In this document: one piece after another, positions 1 through 12,810 of the stretch
Position numbering within the stretch: position 1 is the stretch's first letter
Layout: every line of letters begins with the position of its first letter
DNA from: Anthoceros angustus
Taxonomy: Eukaryota; Plantae; Anthocerotophyta
Direction of reading: 5' to 3'
Assembly: GCA_010909165.1 (NCBI GenBank)
Contig: MU008167.1
Location: 1,364,001 to 1,428,000, forward strand
Length of the DNA stretch: 64,000 bases
Position numbers and translations under genes: made by a program
Notes under the pieces: generated by a model
Databases searched by the model: none
What the model saw: the letters and a program-made list of their open reading frames with translations, nothing else
What the model was told of the DNA's origin: nothing

Positions 1-1065
1 CATGGTCCCTGGTCGGCCACAGAAGAATCCAGTTCCTCTCCTCCACCACCGGGCTGTAGCTCGGGGTCTCCTTCTCGCCTTTCACTTGTTTGCGTGCCTC
101 GTCGGCCTCCACAGGCTGCGTGCGGAGGTCTTCCATCACCCCGCTTTCTTGCATCTCCACCCATGGGCCGCATGCCTCGCTCCGAGGCCGCATGCTCCTC
201 AAAGTAGCCGGTGGCTGCCTAGCCGCCTCCTCCGGGGTTCCTCCTACGTAGGTGGTCCCTATCTGCTTTTGGCATTGGCCTCGCCTCTGCTCCCCTTCTG
301 CTTGAGCCTCCGTGAGCTTGCCTCCTCTCAGGCACTGCCGAGGCTTGGGCATCCTCCGCCTGCCTCCTCCACCTCCGCCTGCCTCCTCCCTTGTTGACTG
401 GGCCTCCTCGCATGCCTGAGCTCAGGTGCTTCACTGCTCACACCGGCACCTGCCTCGGCCCCGGGCGGACCTCGCCTCCATAATGGCCGCCATCCGGCCG
501 TGGTGGAGCGCCTTCAATCCAAGCTGTGGACTCCGCCTTCCACCCGGCTGCTTGGGCTGCCTCCGCTTGGCCTTGGTGCCGCAGTTGCTCCATCTGGATG
601 GTCCTTCCGCTGAGAATGGCCACCCCATCTGAGTGAAGTGAAGGATCCGGGCATGGCGGCGCGGCCTCCGACTGCCGAGGGATTAGCGCCCCTGCAGCAT
701 CCAAGTGCGCCTTCCTGTCCATCCCATCCATGTGGCGGTGCAAGGTTGAATTAGGTTCAACGGTCACAAGGGCTTGACAAGACAGTGCTCACATGGCACC
801 ATAATCTTCCCTTCTTCCTCACAATGTAGGCGCCAACATGGCTGTCCCAAGATGGTTTGGGGTAGAGGTGCCACAGTGCGCCTTGTGCTCTAGTCGAAAT
901 GTGAGTGTCGCCATTGTTACCTCCAATGCGCAATCTTGTCTCGATTGGCTACCCTTTGGCCTTGGCTTCATTCCGCTAGACCGGTTTTGAAGCACTTGAA
1001 TTGCTAACCCGCTTTTGTAGGTGTCCCACCGAGTTCGGCCGTCCCTCCTAGCTGATACCTGTGCT

Positions 1066-2010
1066 CCGGATGCTTCTGGAAACACATTATGACTAAATGG
1101 CCAATCTTATTGCAGTGTGAGCAATGCAAGCCCTCAACGGGGAGCTTGCAGCTAATTAAGTGATCCGCCTACCACATTGCACAACATTGCCGAGGTAGTC
1201 GCACTGCTGGTTTTGGTCAGCCCAACTGAGCGGGCTTGGAAATCCCTGATCCTGCACCTCCAGACGTGTTCCCCTTGCTGGAGAACATACTGTGACAGTG
1301 CATGAAGGCTTTGGAGTGCCGAGAAGCATACGTTGAGAATGCGATCTCCTTACACTCCGCCTCCTCATGGACCTATTCCAAGGTGTAGCTATCCCCGTAT
1401 TTGTCCACCAAAGAGGTGATGAGTTGGAAATGAAACAAAGGGTCCCCTTGCAGCGCTGTGAGAAATTTCTCGGCTGCCTCCTGGTCAGTCAACATCCCCG
1501 TGCCCTCCCGCAACTTCTGAAGCTTGCATAAGGTCATTTGCACAGTCTCCCTCTTCTTGCAGGCGAAGTTCGCCAGCTCAGCAATCTTCTCGAGAGTCTT
1601 GAGCGGAAACACCTTCTCTAGAATTGCCATGAATTCCTCCACAGGGTTGACATACTTGGGAGTTTGGATGAACTCCGGACTCCCCAATGGGTGCCACTCT
1701 CAGCGCATCGACTCACCACGGATGGCGGCTGAACACGGATGGCGGTGAGCGGTGGGCACCAAGCCCCTCCCGGGCCGATCTTGGCTGATGGGCGCTCACC
1801 GTAGGCACTTGCCATTGTAATAAGCAAGCTGCAACGCTCCTTGAAATTGAGGATTCATGGTGGAAACCATGGAGGACAATCCGCCTGGTGCGCTTCGTAT
1901 AGATCCAATGCTTCGTTCGCCAAGTAGCTTGAAAGTCCAAAATCCCGCAAAGGTTGCGTGCCAGGTCTTCCAGAAAATCTATCCTGCCTGTATGAGGGGC
2001 CTCCACCTTC
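1066..2010 (-). pseudogene. Gag-like retroelement ORF with CCHC zinc knuckles, frameshifted (copy 1)
   Basis: The minus strand gives PEFIQTPKYVNPVEEFMAILEKVFPLKTLEKIAELANF... and a perfect CX2CX4HX4C knuckle, CSHCNKIGHLVIMC, at 1123-1082. A second degenerate knuckle (C..CGR.DH) lies just upstream. Confidence 0.75.
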
Positions 2011-2455
2011 CATGGTGTCCGAGTCTTCCGAAGGATCAGCTGATTCTAGCCTTGTCCCTGTAGGACTTGAATGGGGAGATCATCCCGATTGATCTCTCAA
2101 GGAGTTGTGAGTCTTTACAAGACCGACATCCGAGAATGGAGACCAACCGGTTACATCTCCAATGTAGCAGGTGGCATGCTAGGCGCCTGTAACTTGCTCG
2201 GCTCCTCCTGTGCCTTCGCGTTGGGGAGATTGCCTTCTACTGGCATGTATGTGCTCAAGAGTGGTCCGTTGATGAATGTCTCGTGTCCTCAAGCGATAGC
2301 AGAGGCTGGTCTCATGTCCCTCGGAGTGCATCCCCCATGTGAGTGAAGCACGAAATCAGTCACTCCCAAAAAGAATGGGAAGCAGCAAGCTCCCAAGGAC
2401 ACTCGGCTCCCTCCCGAGCCCGGTGTGAAAGCTCCTCCTAATACTCGTGGCGATT

Positions 2456-2690
2456 GACAATGCCCCCCTGGGACCTCCCAATAGTCCCCGGTGGGGATCA
2501 ATGTCCTCCGGCCGGAAGTCTCCCAACAATCCCTCCAAAGTGGGACTTAAATGTCCTTGTCAGACTCTCCCAAGAGTCCCTCCAAAGGGACTTAAATGTC
2601 CTTGTGCTGGGACTCTCCCAAGAGTCCCCTCCTGGGCGTAATGTCCCTGCTAGGACTCTCCCAAGAATCTCGAGTATGGGACTCTAGGGT
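2456..2690. repeat. About 45-bp tandem repeat array with internal hairpin (GGGACTCT-CCCA-AGAGTCCC)
   Basis: About 5 degenerate units of aatgtccct...gggactctcccaa.agtccc. A perfect 8-bp stem lies at 2609-2628. Confidence 0.85.
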
Positions 2691-4019
2691 CACCAAAAAT
2701 AATGCCTACAAGCCCGAATCACTAGGAATTCTCACAGCCGCTGTAGCTAGCCTGCTCCTAGTAATGCCTACAGACTTGAATAATCGGTTGCATGTTGCTG
2801 GATCTAGAGATTTTGGCTGGGCTGCAACCTAGCCGGCCCTAATTTGGACTGGAAATTGAAATGACACAAACACACACATTATGTCCCTAGCAATTTGGTA
2901 GGATTGTAACCTACCTAAGCTAAGGACCCTGGAAGCTAGGTCTGGAGCTAAAAATGGTCAGCAGGCATATGAGGAAACACTTGTCCTAGTTAGCTCACAA
3001 AATTCCACGACACGAGAATAATCAGATTGAATTGAATGGCTCTGCTGCTATAGTTGCCCAACAGCACTTTGAGTCCTTCAATGCCGCCACCGATTGGAGA
3101 AGCGCCTTGAATTTAAAGTCTTCAAATGATGGGATTCGTTGTGCGGCGGTAAGAATCGTGGATTTTGTGAAGCTTCCTTGGCCAGCCCGATTTGCGTGGA
3201 GTCAAGAATCACGCCTTGGAGCTACGAGGGAGACCCAAGATGAGCAAACACATAGATCTTCGAGATCCGATTCACATATTCGAAAAGTGCTTTTGTCCCA
3301 AAAAGCTGCGCCTTCGAGGCACAATTTCAAGACTAAAACCCTTAGATCCCCTTCTCGCAGTCCTCATGCTGGCATTCGCCATCATCCTCACACTCCGCCT
3401 AGCTCGTTTTCCAACCGCTGTTTGCGTCATGATGCAAATAGTAGCACACGCTCTTGGTATTGTCTTGCTCACGTTGAACATGCGCAATGTTTAGGGCTTA
3501 TACTTGGCCCGTCTCACACCTACAACTAAATAGCTATTTCTAACCTAGCTGTCCATTTATAGGGCCATATTCCTTGGTCCTTGAAAAATAATAAAGGAAA
3601 CTAACTCTTGAGTTATGAACCAATCAAGAAAAGGGATATTTCCTATGTCCTTGGTTAGCGAACATATCTAAACTAAGCAAAAGTACAAAGGAACACATTT
3701 GTCAAATTCATGCTCATTTTCCATACCTTAGTTTTGTATTTCGATGTAGATGTGATTGTTGGGGCCCTTCAGCCGATCTCGCTATGGATCCATGGCCCAT
3801 AGCCGACTGCCCCCAGCCTCGTGAAAAGTCGAGTGTAGTTGGTAGGGTATCTTTGTAGTTAATATGTCCCAACAAATAAGTGAATGTCTCTAACTCTAAT
3901 GCTTTCAAAGCATTATTGGCATGTGCACATTGGTACCGAGTTTTGAATTTGGATTTCACGGAGGACATAGACTTTTCAACAACAGCTCGGAATAGAGTTC
4001 TAATTAGGAGGCCGACTCT

Positions 4020-4200
4020 ATCAAGAGTAGAGTCATACTCCTTGAGATTACGCCACGAGGGCTATATATGTAGCGCTCTTATGCATCATGTATTTATATT
4101 CAATTTAAAGCATATATTAAGAGTAGAGTTATAATTCTCAAGATTCCACAAAGCCCAAGGGCTATATATGTTGTGCTCCTATGCACCATATATTATCTTG
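4020..4200. repeat. Degenerate dimer of about 100 bp upstream of the F-box gene
   Basis: aagagtagagt...agggctatatatgt.g.gctc.tatgca.cat.tatt occurs twice in tandem. The same dimer is present in the copies at about 34990 and 46160. Confidence 0.7.
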
Positions 4201-4464
4201 AATGAGCTCATAGAAGTAAGTGACTATATAGCTCTACTATTCGCCCAAGCGAGGAGATGAACATTCGACTAATTGATTGAACGGCTTATCTCGCTCGAGG
4301 AAACCAACCAACGACCGGGCCCATGGGAATTGGGGAGATTAGGATGCCATCTATTGCCATTCTTCTCTCGCCAACCGTGTTGATCCTGGCGTAGCTTCGA
4401 TTGTGGAGTCGAGTTCCATCGCCCACGCTCTTTGAGGCTTCCGATGGGGTGAGTTGGGTACGAC

Positions 4465-5663
4465 ATGGATGCGGAGTCGTTGTATGGGCGGTGCCTCTGA
4501 TTGAGGCCATGATCCGTGCTCGCCGCTTGAGAGCCCGATGCGGTCGCGTAGTGTGCAAAGCGTGGAATGCGTATGGCGGCGTCCCCTGTTGTTGCGGATA
4601 GGTTGGAATGGCGGCGGGTGCGTCGGAATGCATCTGTTCGTAGTAGGCATATGCCACTCCCACATTGCCTCCTGCATCTACAACCCCGCGTCCGGTGGCA
4701 CCGACATCGACTCCCGCCATGGTGCGAGCTCTAAAGTCTGGAATAGCCTAGTATGGTGGAGCTCCTCGGGACGGAGGATCGCGATCCACGAGCAAGCGTC
4801 TTGATGAGCACCACATACATGCACGGCACGAAAATAGTCATCCGCACATGGGCAACCCGTGGCCAACTCTTGGACCACTCCGAAGCTCCGCGACCTAACG
4901 CATCCACCATGTGTTGGGCGTCTTTGTGGATGCCAGGTAGCGTTGCTTCAAGCTGTGGTGTTGTATGAGACGCGAACATATGTGGGTGACCTAGACAAGC
5001 CCACATTCTCGTCTTTGATTCCGCACTAGGAGTTGGAGTGATACACCGCCTTGCCCGGAAACCGTGCCTTGAACTCCACCTTGTCCGATCATCGTGGGGT
5101 GTTTGTAGGCAACGTGCTCTCTGCGTTGAGATCGCATCGATGGTCATTGCAATCTGCTAGCCTCGACTGGGCGGGCCATTTGGCCGGTTGGTCGTACCCA
5201 TGCCTTCCCGATCATTCGACATACTCTCGCAACCTCGTCAATGTGCGAGACCCGGGCCCTCGTGGCCCTGTAGACACGAGGGAAAATATAATGTGTCTGA
5301 TTTGGAGCCGGGTTTCGCGAGCATGACACGGGGCCATGGACCATGCCCGCACCCATGTGCATTGATTTCCGGGAAATGGTGCTGCCCTACGAATGCTCCC
5401 AATTTTCAATGCGAGTAAATGCGCGCATCAAGCTTAAGGTCGTGGCCTCGCAAGACTTCCAAGTATACATCATGAACGACGAGCTCGACAAGATGGTGCA
5501 TCTCGATATGCGACGAACACCTGGGGCTTGGAGCTGGTTGCCCTCGTGGCCTTACGATCATCTTGTGAGGAAGAGCCTTCACTGCCACGATCCTTTGCTG
5601 GACTTCGGCAGCTGGAAGCAAGTTTAGGAAAATGTGTTTGAACTTGGATCACTTCTAAACTAG
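4465..5663 (+). pseudogene. F-box protein with C-terminal beta-propeller/kelch-like region (copy 1; frameshifted as assembled)
   Basis: The consensus of three copies gives MDA.VVWAALP..IEAMIRARLPLESPMRSRSVCKAWNA, an F-box signature. The C-terminus KLKVVASQDFQVYIMNDELDKMVHLDMRT..W.WLPSWP resembles the plant F-box/kelch-type end, and these codons are GC3-rich on the + strand. Confidence 0.7.
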
Positions 5664-6939
5664 ATATATAGTTAGTGTACTCTGTCACATTCACTTATCA
5701 CTTTCGAGAAAGTAGGCTCGCGAAAGGCGACACACGGAGAGTTCCATGCAATCAATCATACATGTAGGTGATATTGGGCCAAACATGAGGGAAGCCCATC
5801 CTACAATAATATTTCCCCACATGACGGCTAACTGCGGGTTCCATACTCCCATGTTTGGCACACTCAAGCTCTCTTAGGTGTGCCAATGGTACTTAGTGCA
5901 TTGTTGGACGCGAATGTTACTTTATCTCATTTTGGATCGAGATAGATAGGATCTCAAGTTCGAGCAATGGATTGATGAGGAGTGTAATGTAGTACCACAT
6001 CTTTTAAAGTGCATCTTTTAAGTTTCGATCCCGGAAAGTAAAGCTTGTAAAAAAAACCTCCTATAGTTCAAATAGTTTTTAATTTTGTTGGATCTTAAAA
6101 AATATCGCCAGATTATTTTGTTATTAGAGATAAAAATGAAAAGGATTAATTTGTCAATGTATGGTGTCAAATTTTTGGATAAGCTTCACTCCTATTGTCA
6201 TCTCCTAAAGGTTTTGAAAGTACACCATTAGCGATGATCCACCATATATGTCATAAGTGTTTATGGCTAAAGATTACATTTATAGAGTCTCTCGTATTTC
6301 AAAAATAGCGTGAAAAGGAAAATTTAGATGTAGCATGAAGTGGTAGTCCCATGTATGTTGTTCTAGGTACGATATTTGATAATTGATGTAGGCCTTCCGG
6401 GGTCCTCTAATCTACATGGAGCAATAATGGTGACAAAGTCACCAAAATAAAATGTATCTTGTTCACTTGGATGGCACATCTTGTGCGTGTCGCGATTGAC
6501 AAACAAACCTTTGCTCGATGTCCAACTGGCACTCTGACGAGGCGTTTCGTACTAAGGTTTGTTTGATGATCATGCAGGCGGGCTTGGGAACCTAGGCGGG
6601 TTCGGCAACAACGAAGGAGACAACAACCATGTTTGTGGCGGTGCCTCTGAGTGCCCCCTCCCCTTTCCCACCGTCCGGTGCCGGACAAACTAGCGACATA
6701 GTGCGGTCACGAACCGGATCGCTCCTTCCACCGTGCTAAACATGCGGGGCACGGTTGTTTCTTTGCCATCACGCACAAAGTCTACTCGGGGTTGACTTCT
6801 TGAGTAGGTCATTTGCTGCGTAGTGTCGGCGAATCCACGTGCTCACCGGCAAAGTTGAACCCTAGGTTTGATATGGACATTACTATAACCTCTAAAACAT
6901 CATACAGTTTGAATTTTTCATGAAAAGGCGAAGCTCAAG

Positions 6940-7240
6940 CGGGACATACTCGGAGCAGTACCAACCTCGGCCGGACTGGATAGTCCCGGCGGTATACTGA
7001 GTATACCAGTAAAGCGAGTATACTGGGGCGGTCGGCCCGGCGAGTATACTCGGGGCGATCCCAGCGGTATACTCGGGGCAGTCCCAACCTCGGCCGAGAC
7101 TTCCGGGGCAGTCGGCGTGAGTATACGGGGACGACCCAGCGGCGGTATACGCGGGCGATCGTGACTTATGCAAAGGCAGTCCCAACGGAACATACTGGGG
7201 ACAATCCCACCTCGGCCACGCTTTCGGGGCGGCCCGTCTA
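6940..7240. repeat. GC-rich degenerate tandem repeats (cccaacctcggcc.gact.ggggc.gt / gagtatactc)
   Basis: The motifs recur many times, with a 12-bp palindrome CGAGTATACTCG at 7041-7052. A homologous array lies at about 37885-38220. Confidence 0.8.
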
Positions 7241-9288
7241 CAATCAAGCGACAAACAACTCTCAAGGTAAGAGGTGTCATAGGTGACCAATTGATAATAC
7301 CAGGACATATTCCGGTATGGATATTTTGCAAAAATCTTTGGTATAGAAATTCTCTTTCAAGATATAGGTGTCGAGGCTTTCCTCGCTTAAATGGCACTTT
7401 TGTTATTGCTAACCCTAGGTTGGGAGACAAGTTTGCAAACCCTCTGCCGGGGCTAGTTAGGCGGGCATAAGCGTGGGAAGAGCAGCGCCAAGGCGCGAGC
7501 AAGCGGAATGATGAAGCAAAAGGCGGCGGGGGTGAGAGCCGCGCATGAAGATGGCGGCGTCTTTGGGATCAAAAGCTGCTAGGGCAAGAATCAACGGTGT
7601 TGAAGTCGCACTGGCGTTGTACATAGGGAAGGACGTTGTGCCTCTAATGCGGAGAAAAGCTCTGAATTTGAGGATCCGTTAGAATTCATGAGATGTGTGT
7701 CTTTGACACTATTGGGTGTGATTTTCTAACTCTTAGCCATAGCAAAGCTGCGAACGATGCTGTAACATTCTACAAGACATAGGCGCTCAAATTATCACTT
7801 CAACAACCGATTTGATTGAGTTGGAAATATGGAGCCTAGGGGAGTAGCAGCGGCCGAGCATTCTGAGCATGACCACCTAAAGCGCCCAACTTTGGGATCA
7901 TAGTAGGTATCACATAGGGCAGTGGGGGTAGCCGGGCTTGTTGGGACTCCCAGCCGAGGATCTATAGGTTGATTACTGTGATTCACATGGGTGTGATTTT
8001 TACATTTCCATTCAGGGTTTTCTTGGTTGACATTACGGTAAGGCACTAATTTGTGCATCCTTTTATCAATTTGAGGAGGGTTGACCAAGTTCGGGGTTCT
8101 CATTCTGGCGATTTGAGAGGGCCGAAGGCCATTTTGATGCTTGCTTTCATGGGTGATGCCTTACAGCGAGATTGAGACGATCACGCTGCGCCGCTTTTCG
8201 TGACATTCCCGTAAGATTACCCTGGCCGAGTGCAAGCAAGGAGGGGCGTGGGCAGCGAGGCGGCCAGCGGTGATGCGGGGCGAGGGCGTTGGAGACAACA
8301 TTCGGCCTCAACCACCGTAACTTATCTGATCCATCCGCAACTAGCTGGTTACCCTTGTTCATAAATTTCACTTTGCGGTGTCGAAGTAAAGTGCGATTGA
8401 GCGGACAAAGGCATCCACGACACACCGAGAACACCTTTCTTTTGAGACGGTGACCCATCCACAGCCACACCCAAGGGCGGTCTGAGCCCACGACCCATAC
8501 TCGGGAGACGAACTTCGGTGATTACTCTATGGAGGAGGAGGACTATCATATAAGCGGGAGATTCTGAGAGGCTAGGTTCCCGGACTCTGAGTTTCAAAAG
8601 GCATTTGTTTATCAATGGCATGATCAGCGAGTGAAGTTCAAAACCAGTCACATTTTACAGCCACTTATACATGTTTGGCGGTGATTTGGTACCCTGTGGA
8701 TGAGGCTTTAGATGCATGTATGGGGCCATGTGGCCAGCTTTCGTGATGGCCAGCCCGAGCGCGCACAATCCGTGTCGTTGTAGGAAGAAGTCCGTTCCCA
8801 AGGGAATGATAGGCTCCGTTTACGCGTTTGGTGATTCTTACCTCTTAGCTCGTTCTCCACACACATACTCCTAACTACTCTGCGTTCACCGTCTGGGCCG
8901 GTATGGCCAAGCGTTTAAGACCCGTTCGCGTCGTATCGTTCACATCGTCCCTCACACATCAGTCCTTTCCTCTCTCCCCTCACGCTACACTCCTCGGTCT
9001 TAGAAAAGGCCGCGGGTTACAGTCCGGACCTCCTCCGTCGTTCGCGGGCCTCTCGTCCGGGCTCTGCCGCCCTCCGGAGTTCCTCGGCTCACCGTTCGAT
9101 CCGTTCGGTCTTTGGGCGGCTCGGGGCGAGCAGTCACGATCACCCTTCCACCGCACACCACAACCGTTAGGGTCTCACGGGACCACAGTCAATCTCCCGG
9201 GTGTCGTGCACCTTTCGGTGACTCGGGACTCACGTTAGCAAGAAGACACACAAAGGTGCGCAGAGCGGCATCAACACCAAGAAGATGA

Positions 9289-9340
9289 TTTATTGTGGCC
9301 TTAGCCCTCTTATACTCGCGAAGGTCGGCGCCTTTATTAC
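9289..9340 (-). promoter_or_regulatory. Putative LTR TATA box and polyadenylation signals
   Basis: The minus strand reads TGTAATAAAG...AGTATAAGAGGG...AATAAA. The first two motifs are conserved in the diverged LTR variants at about 29681-29718 and 39174-39211. Confidence 0.5.
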
Positions 9341-9449
9341 ACCTCTATTACGGTGAGGCCCATTTCGGTGCCTAACCAGCCGCCTACTACCGCCTATTCC
9401 GCCTATCGCCGTCGGTGGTGGTGGGATAGCCCCATTCCTTCTTGGCACG

Positions 9450-12400
9450 GCCCAAAGCCACAGCGGTGCGGCGCACCAATCGGATGATCGCGGGGACCCT
9501 TCCTCTTCCAGTGCAGCTGCGCCACCGGCGGCAGGCGGTCACCACCAAGTCTTCCTCGTCCTCCCTCTTCTCTCTCGGCCCCTGCTGATGGGCCCTCAAG
9601 GTTGGATCTGCTTGGGGTTGGTGTGTGGCTCTCCCCACTCCCGAGTTTGGACCTCGGGACCTGTCTACTCGGTCGGACCTCTAGGTCGGTCTTCCCTCAG
9701 TCCGGTCTCACAGGCCGGCCTTCTTTGAGTCGGTCCTCGGGGCCGGACCTGAGGTCGGTCTTGGACCCAACCCTTCCACAGGGTCCGGACCTCGGGGCGG
9801 ACTCGTCACTGAGTCTGGATCCCTAAGTCGGACTTCCTTGAGGGGACCTCTCCGGCCTTTCCTCGAGTCAGGACAAAGTCAGGACCCTCACTCTGGGCAT
9901 GCCTCCTCGGGCTAGCCAGGTTCATCCTGAGCCCTCCCTTGGTTCCCGAATGCCCGGTTGCACCTTTCCCCTCTCAAGATCCTCCCTCGTCCTTCCATGC
10001 GAGGTGCAGCTTACCTCGGTGTGGCGCCCCTTCCTCCTCCGGTTCCTCCAGCTGCTCTCCTCGCGCTGCTGCTGCTGTCGTCAAGCAGCGCTCCTAGGAC
10101 TCCAGCGGTTGTCTTGTCCCGGGTCCGTCCTCCTCGCTCCTCCTTCCATCCCTTGAGTCCACCTCACCGCCTGGGGTGGCGCGGGACCTCGAGCCTTGAG
10201 GAGCTCTGCGTGGTAGTAGGCAGTCGGAATCGACTTGAGATCGCCTCCTCCACATGAGCCGGGCAGTACTCCCTCCTCCAGGTGCTCGTGGCAGGCGGAT
10301 CGCCCTTTCTTCCGTCTCGTGGCCAAGCTTACGGTATGGGCGGGCGGACTCCCTTGAGGCCGTCAAGGCTGCCTCCGTTACCTCTTGCAACCTTGGCTGC
10401 TGCTCGGCGTTCTCCTCCTCCCGTCGTTGTTCGGCTCACATTTGCGGGCCATGGGTGAGCTCCCCACTTCCACCGCAGCGGACGAGCAGCTGGCCTTTTC
10501 CTCGAGTGCCTTCCTCCCTTCTTCTTCTCTCCGGAGGTCCTCCACTTCCTTCTCAGGCGGGCGGTATCCCGTCAGGCTCACGGCTTCCGCCACGTCCTGC
10601 TGCAACGGCGTCGAACTCCTTGCACGCCCTATTCTCCTCCGTCTTCAAGCGGAGGCGTTCTCCTCTCGCTCGAAGTCTTGGATTCTCTCGTTGAGAACCC
10701 CTGCTTGCTCCGATGCATCTTGGGTTGCAACTCCAAGGTGTCCTTGTTGTCCTCCGGCTCCTGCCTCCCCTTCTACCTCCTGCTGCACCACAGGGTCCCC
10801 AATCTCCCGGGCTGGCCTCAGGCCTCCTCACGGCTCGTGCTTGCTCCATGACCACTTGCTCGGCCTTATTGGCGGCTCTCGGCCGCCTCCTCCACGGTTC
10901 GATCACGCCTAGTGATCGCGATCGGCCGCCGTGGCCTCCGCCTCCTTGGCCACCTTCACGAGCCTCTCGGCTTGGCTCTGGTCGGTCAGCTGCCTCCGCG
11001 AGATCCGCGCCCGTTCCGCTTGCGCCGGGCGTCCTCGCTTCTGCTGCGCTCGCCCCTCACTGCGAGGTCCTCCGCCCGCTTGGGCCTCCTTGGCCCTTTG
11101 TTCCTCGGTGAAGGAATTTAGTCCGGTCCTTGCGGATGGACGACCTCCCTCTCCGCCTCCGGCGTTTCCTTCCTCAATCCTGCCGAGCTTGGCCTTCCTT
11201 CTCGCCTCTGGGCTCCCTCAGCCTCTGGAGGAGGCACCATGCGCCTCGGGTGGCTTCCACCTCACAGGGCCTTCTCGGCCATCCCTTACAGACCCAGGCA
11301 TCAGTCCATGGCGGTGGCAGGACCCGTGTTTCCTCCACGGCGGCTGGCGGAGGCTCCCACAAAGTCCGTGCGGGCGGCATCTCACGTCGTCAAGGACCTC
11401 CATACCTGATCCGGAGCAAGTCGGTGGGTTCTCGGACAATCGGGACCCTTAGGTCACGAGTCTTTGGCTCGGGCTTCCCCTCCTTGGCCCTTTTGGCGCG
11501 AGCTCCTTCTCGCCCTTTTCTCCACAGGGCTCGGCGGAGGTGATGGAGTCAGGAGCACGCCCTTTGCCCCTTCACAGCCGGCGGCAGGGCTCTGGATCAC
11601 AGTGCTGCCCGGTGTCCTCCTCACTCAGGCGGCGTCCTTCGCCCTCCTTCTGCTTCCTCCTTCTTGCCACTCGTCGGCGGGGGAAGTCTTGGCAGGTGCA
11701 GCGTTGGTAAGTGGTCTTGCGTCTCTTGCTCTCTCACAGGTCGGGGCTCCTCTAGGAGTGATGGCGTGGCCTGGGGCAGGCGCTTCTGTGGGCGCTGGTT
11801 GGGGCACGGAAGGAGGAGGCGGGGTGCTTCCATACTTCCACAGGTGGTGAGGTCCGTTCGGGTATGGGTCAATCCTCGATCGTCCTCCTCCGAGTCCGTT
11901 TGGTTTTGTCGGCGGCCTCCTCCCTCGGCGCCCTTGCCCGCTCCACTTGGGAGGGCCTCAGTCCTTTCCGGGCGCTCGCTCAAGCTCTCCTTCCTTGAGG
12001 AGTTGAAATGCCCCATACATGGATCGGTATGGGGCGGCCCAGATGGCGAGGCTTCGGTCTGAGCTTGTGCCACCTGGCAGGCGAAGATAATCCTTCAGTC
12101 GCCCTCTTCCCCCTGCAGCGTGCGGGAACACAATATTATCACCAAGGTGATCCACCTTGGTGAGTAGGTTCGATGGACAATGATCGGGCCACCGCCCGAC
12201 TCGGTCCAGGTCGGATATCGACCAACCGTTGGTGGTCCGTTCGTCGAGCCTTAGCATCGGCTTCGTGGCGGACCTATCTTCCCCGCCTTGAGGGCTCGGC
12301 ACCCTCCCCTCTTCCTCCTTGGGCGGTTGTAGGCCGCCTCGGGACCTCAAGGTCCATCGCCTTGGGTCCTCCCGGAGGTTCTTGGACCGCACCTCCTTAT

Positions 12401-12810
12401 TGCGCCGCTTGCATCTTCGGGCAAACTCCGGACGGTGACTGTCAAATGTCGGACCATTGGAACACATCCAAATGCCACTCCTGCACCAATTCTCCGCTTC
12501 CTGGGCAGGCCCAAAGTCCGGATAGCGCGGGTCACAATGTTGCGCTCCACAAGGTTCCATGGCTCCCAAACTTCCGCGGGCTTTTGGGTGCCGCCTTCTT
12601 CTCCCTTGGTTGGCCCGCTTGGAGGCTGGCAGCATTGAGCCTCCTTCTTGCGTTCGCTTCTCGACCTCAGCGGTGAGCGCGCGAGCGTCCAGTGTCCCGA
12701 GATACCGAGCGGTTGCGGGCGCGAGATCGCGAAATTGTCTCGGGCGCGTGACCTTCTTCGCGACCACGCCGGGAGTAACGGGGCGGGCGCCTCTTCCACT
12801 CGCCGTGCAT
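9450..12810 (-). pseudogene. LTR-encoded long coiled-coil ORF (about 1100 codons; frameshifted as assembled; function unknown)
   Basis: Overlapping minus-strand fragments are E/A/R/K-rich and heptad-like, e.g. LEEQLKQAKEAQARAEDL and KVAKEAEATAADRDHYRRDR in the 5' LTR copy. The motif AHVEEAI...YHAE is conserved in three diverged LTR variants. Confidence 0.65.

Larger units (their letters stand above)
1..7275. repeat. Segmental duplicate of 31041-38260 (coiled-coil ORF fragment, gag-like sequence and F-box unit)
   Basis: The window starts catggtccc(c)tggtcggccacagaagaatccag, which recurs at 31041. Collinear similarity continues to ...ctacaatcaa(a)gcgacaaacaactc...aaggt(a/g)agagg at about 7275 and 38260. 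Confidence 0.9.

Noticed and set aside
2456-2690. CRISPR-like palindromic repeats (also 6940-7240 and 58440-59620)
   Set aside because: The units are contiguous and degenerate with no unique spacers, there are no cas genes, and the context is a plant nuclear genome.
4286-5694. Minus-strand ORFs (MAGVDVGATG..., MHHLVELVVHDV...) and a possible SWIM/MULE motif
   Set aside because: These are antisense shadows of the + strand F-box frame, and the SWIM cysteines are absent in all three copies.
7795-8103. YYDPKVGRF resembling the RHS core motif
   Set aside because: Isolated 9-aa match in a short ORF, with no YD repeats or the rest of the RHS core signature.
8712-8728. ATGCA at 8712-8716 matching ATGCA at 28648-28652 as a TSD
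   Set aside because: It lies 12 bp away from the LTR end defined by homology (8729). The adjacent 5-mer is GGCCA, so the TSD is not established.
8729-9400. Short (~0.65 kb) LTR model
   Set aside because: No TG boundary with a preceding PPT was found there. The apparent end at about 22055 is a microhomology duplication junction, and homology continues to 13188/28647.
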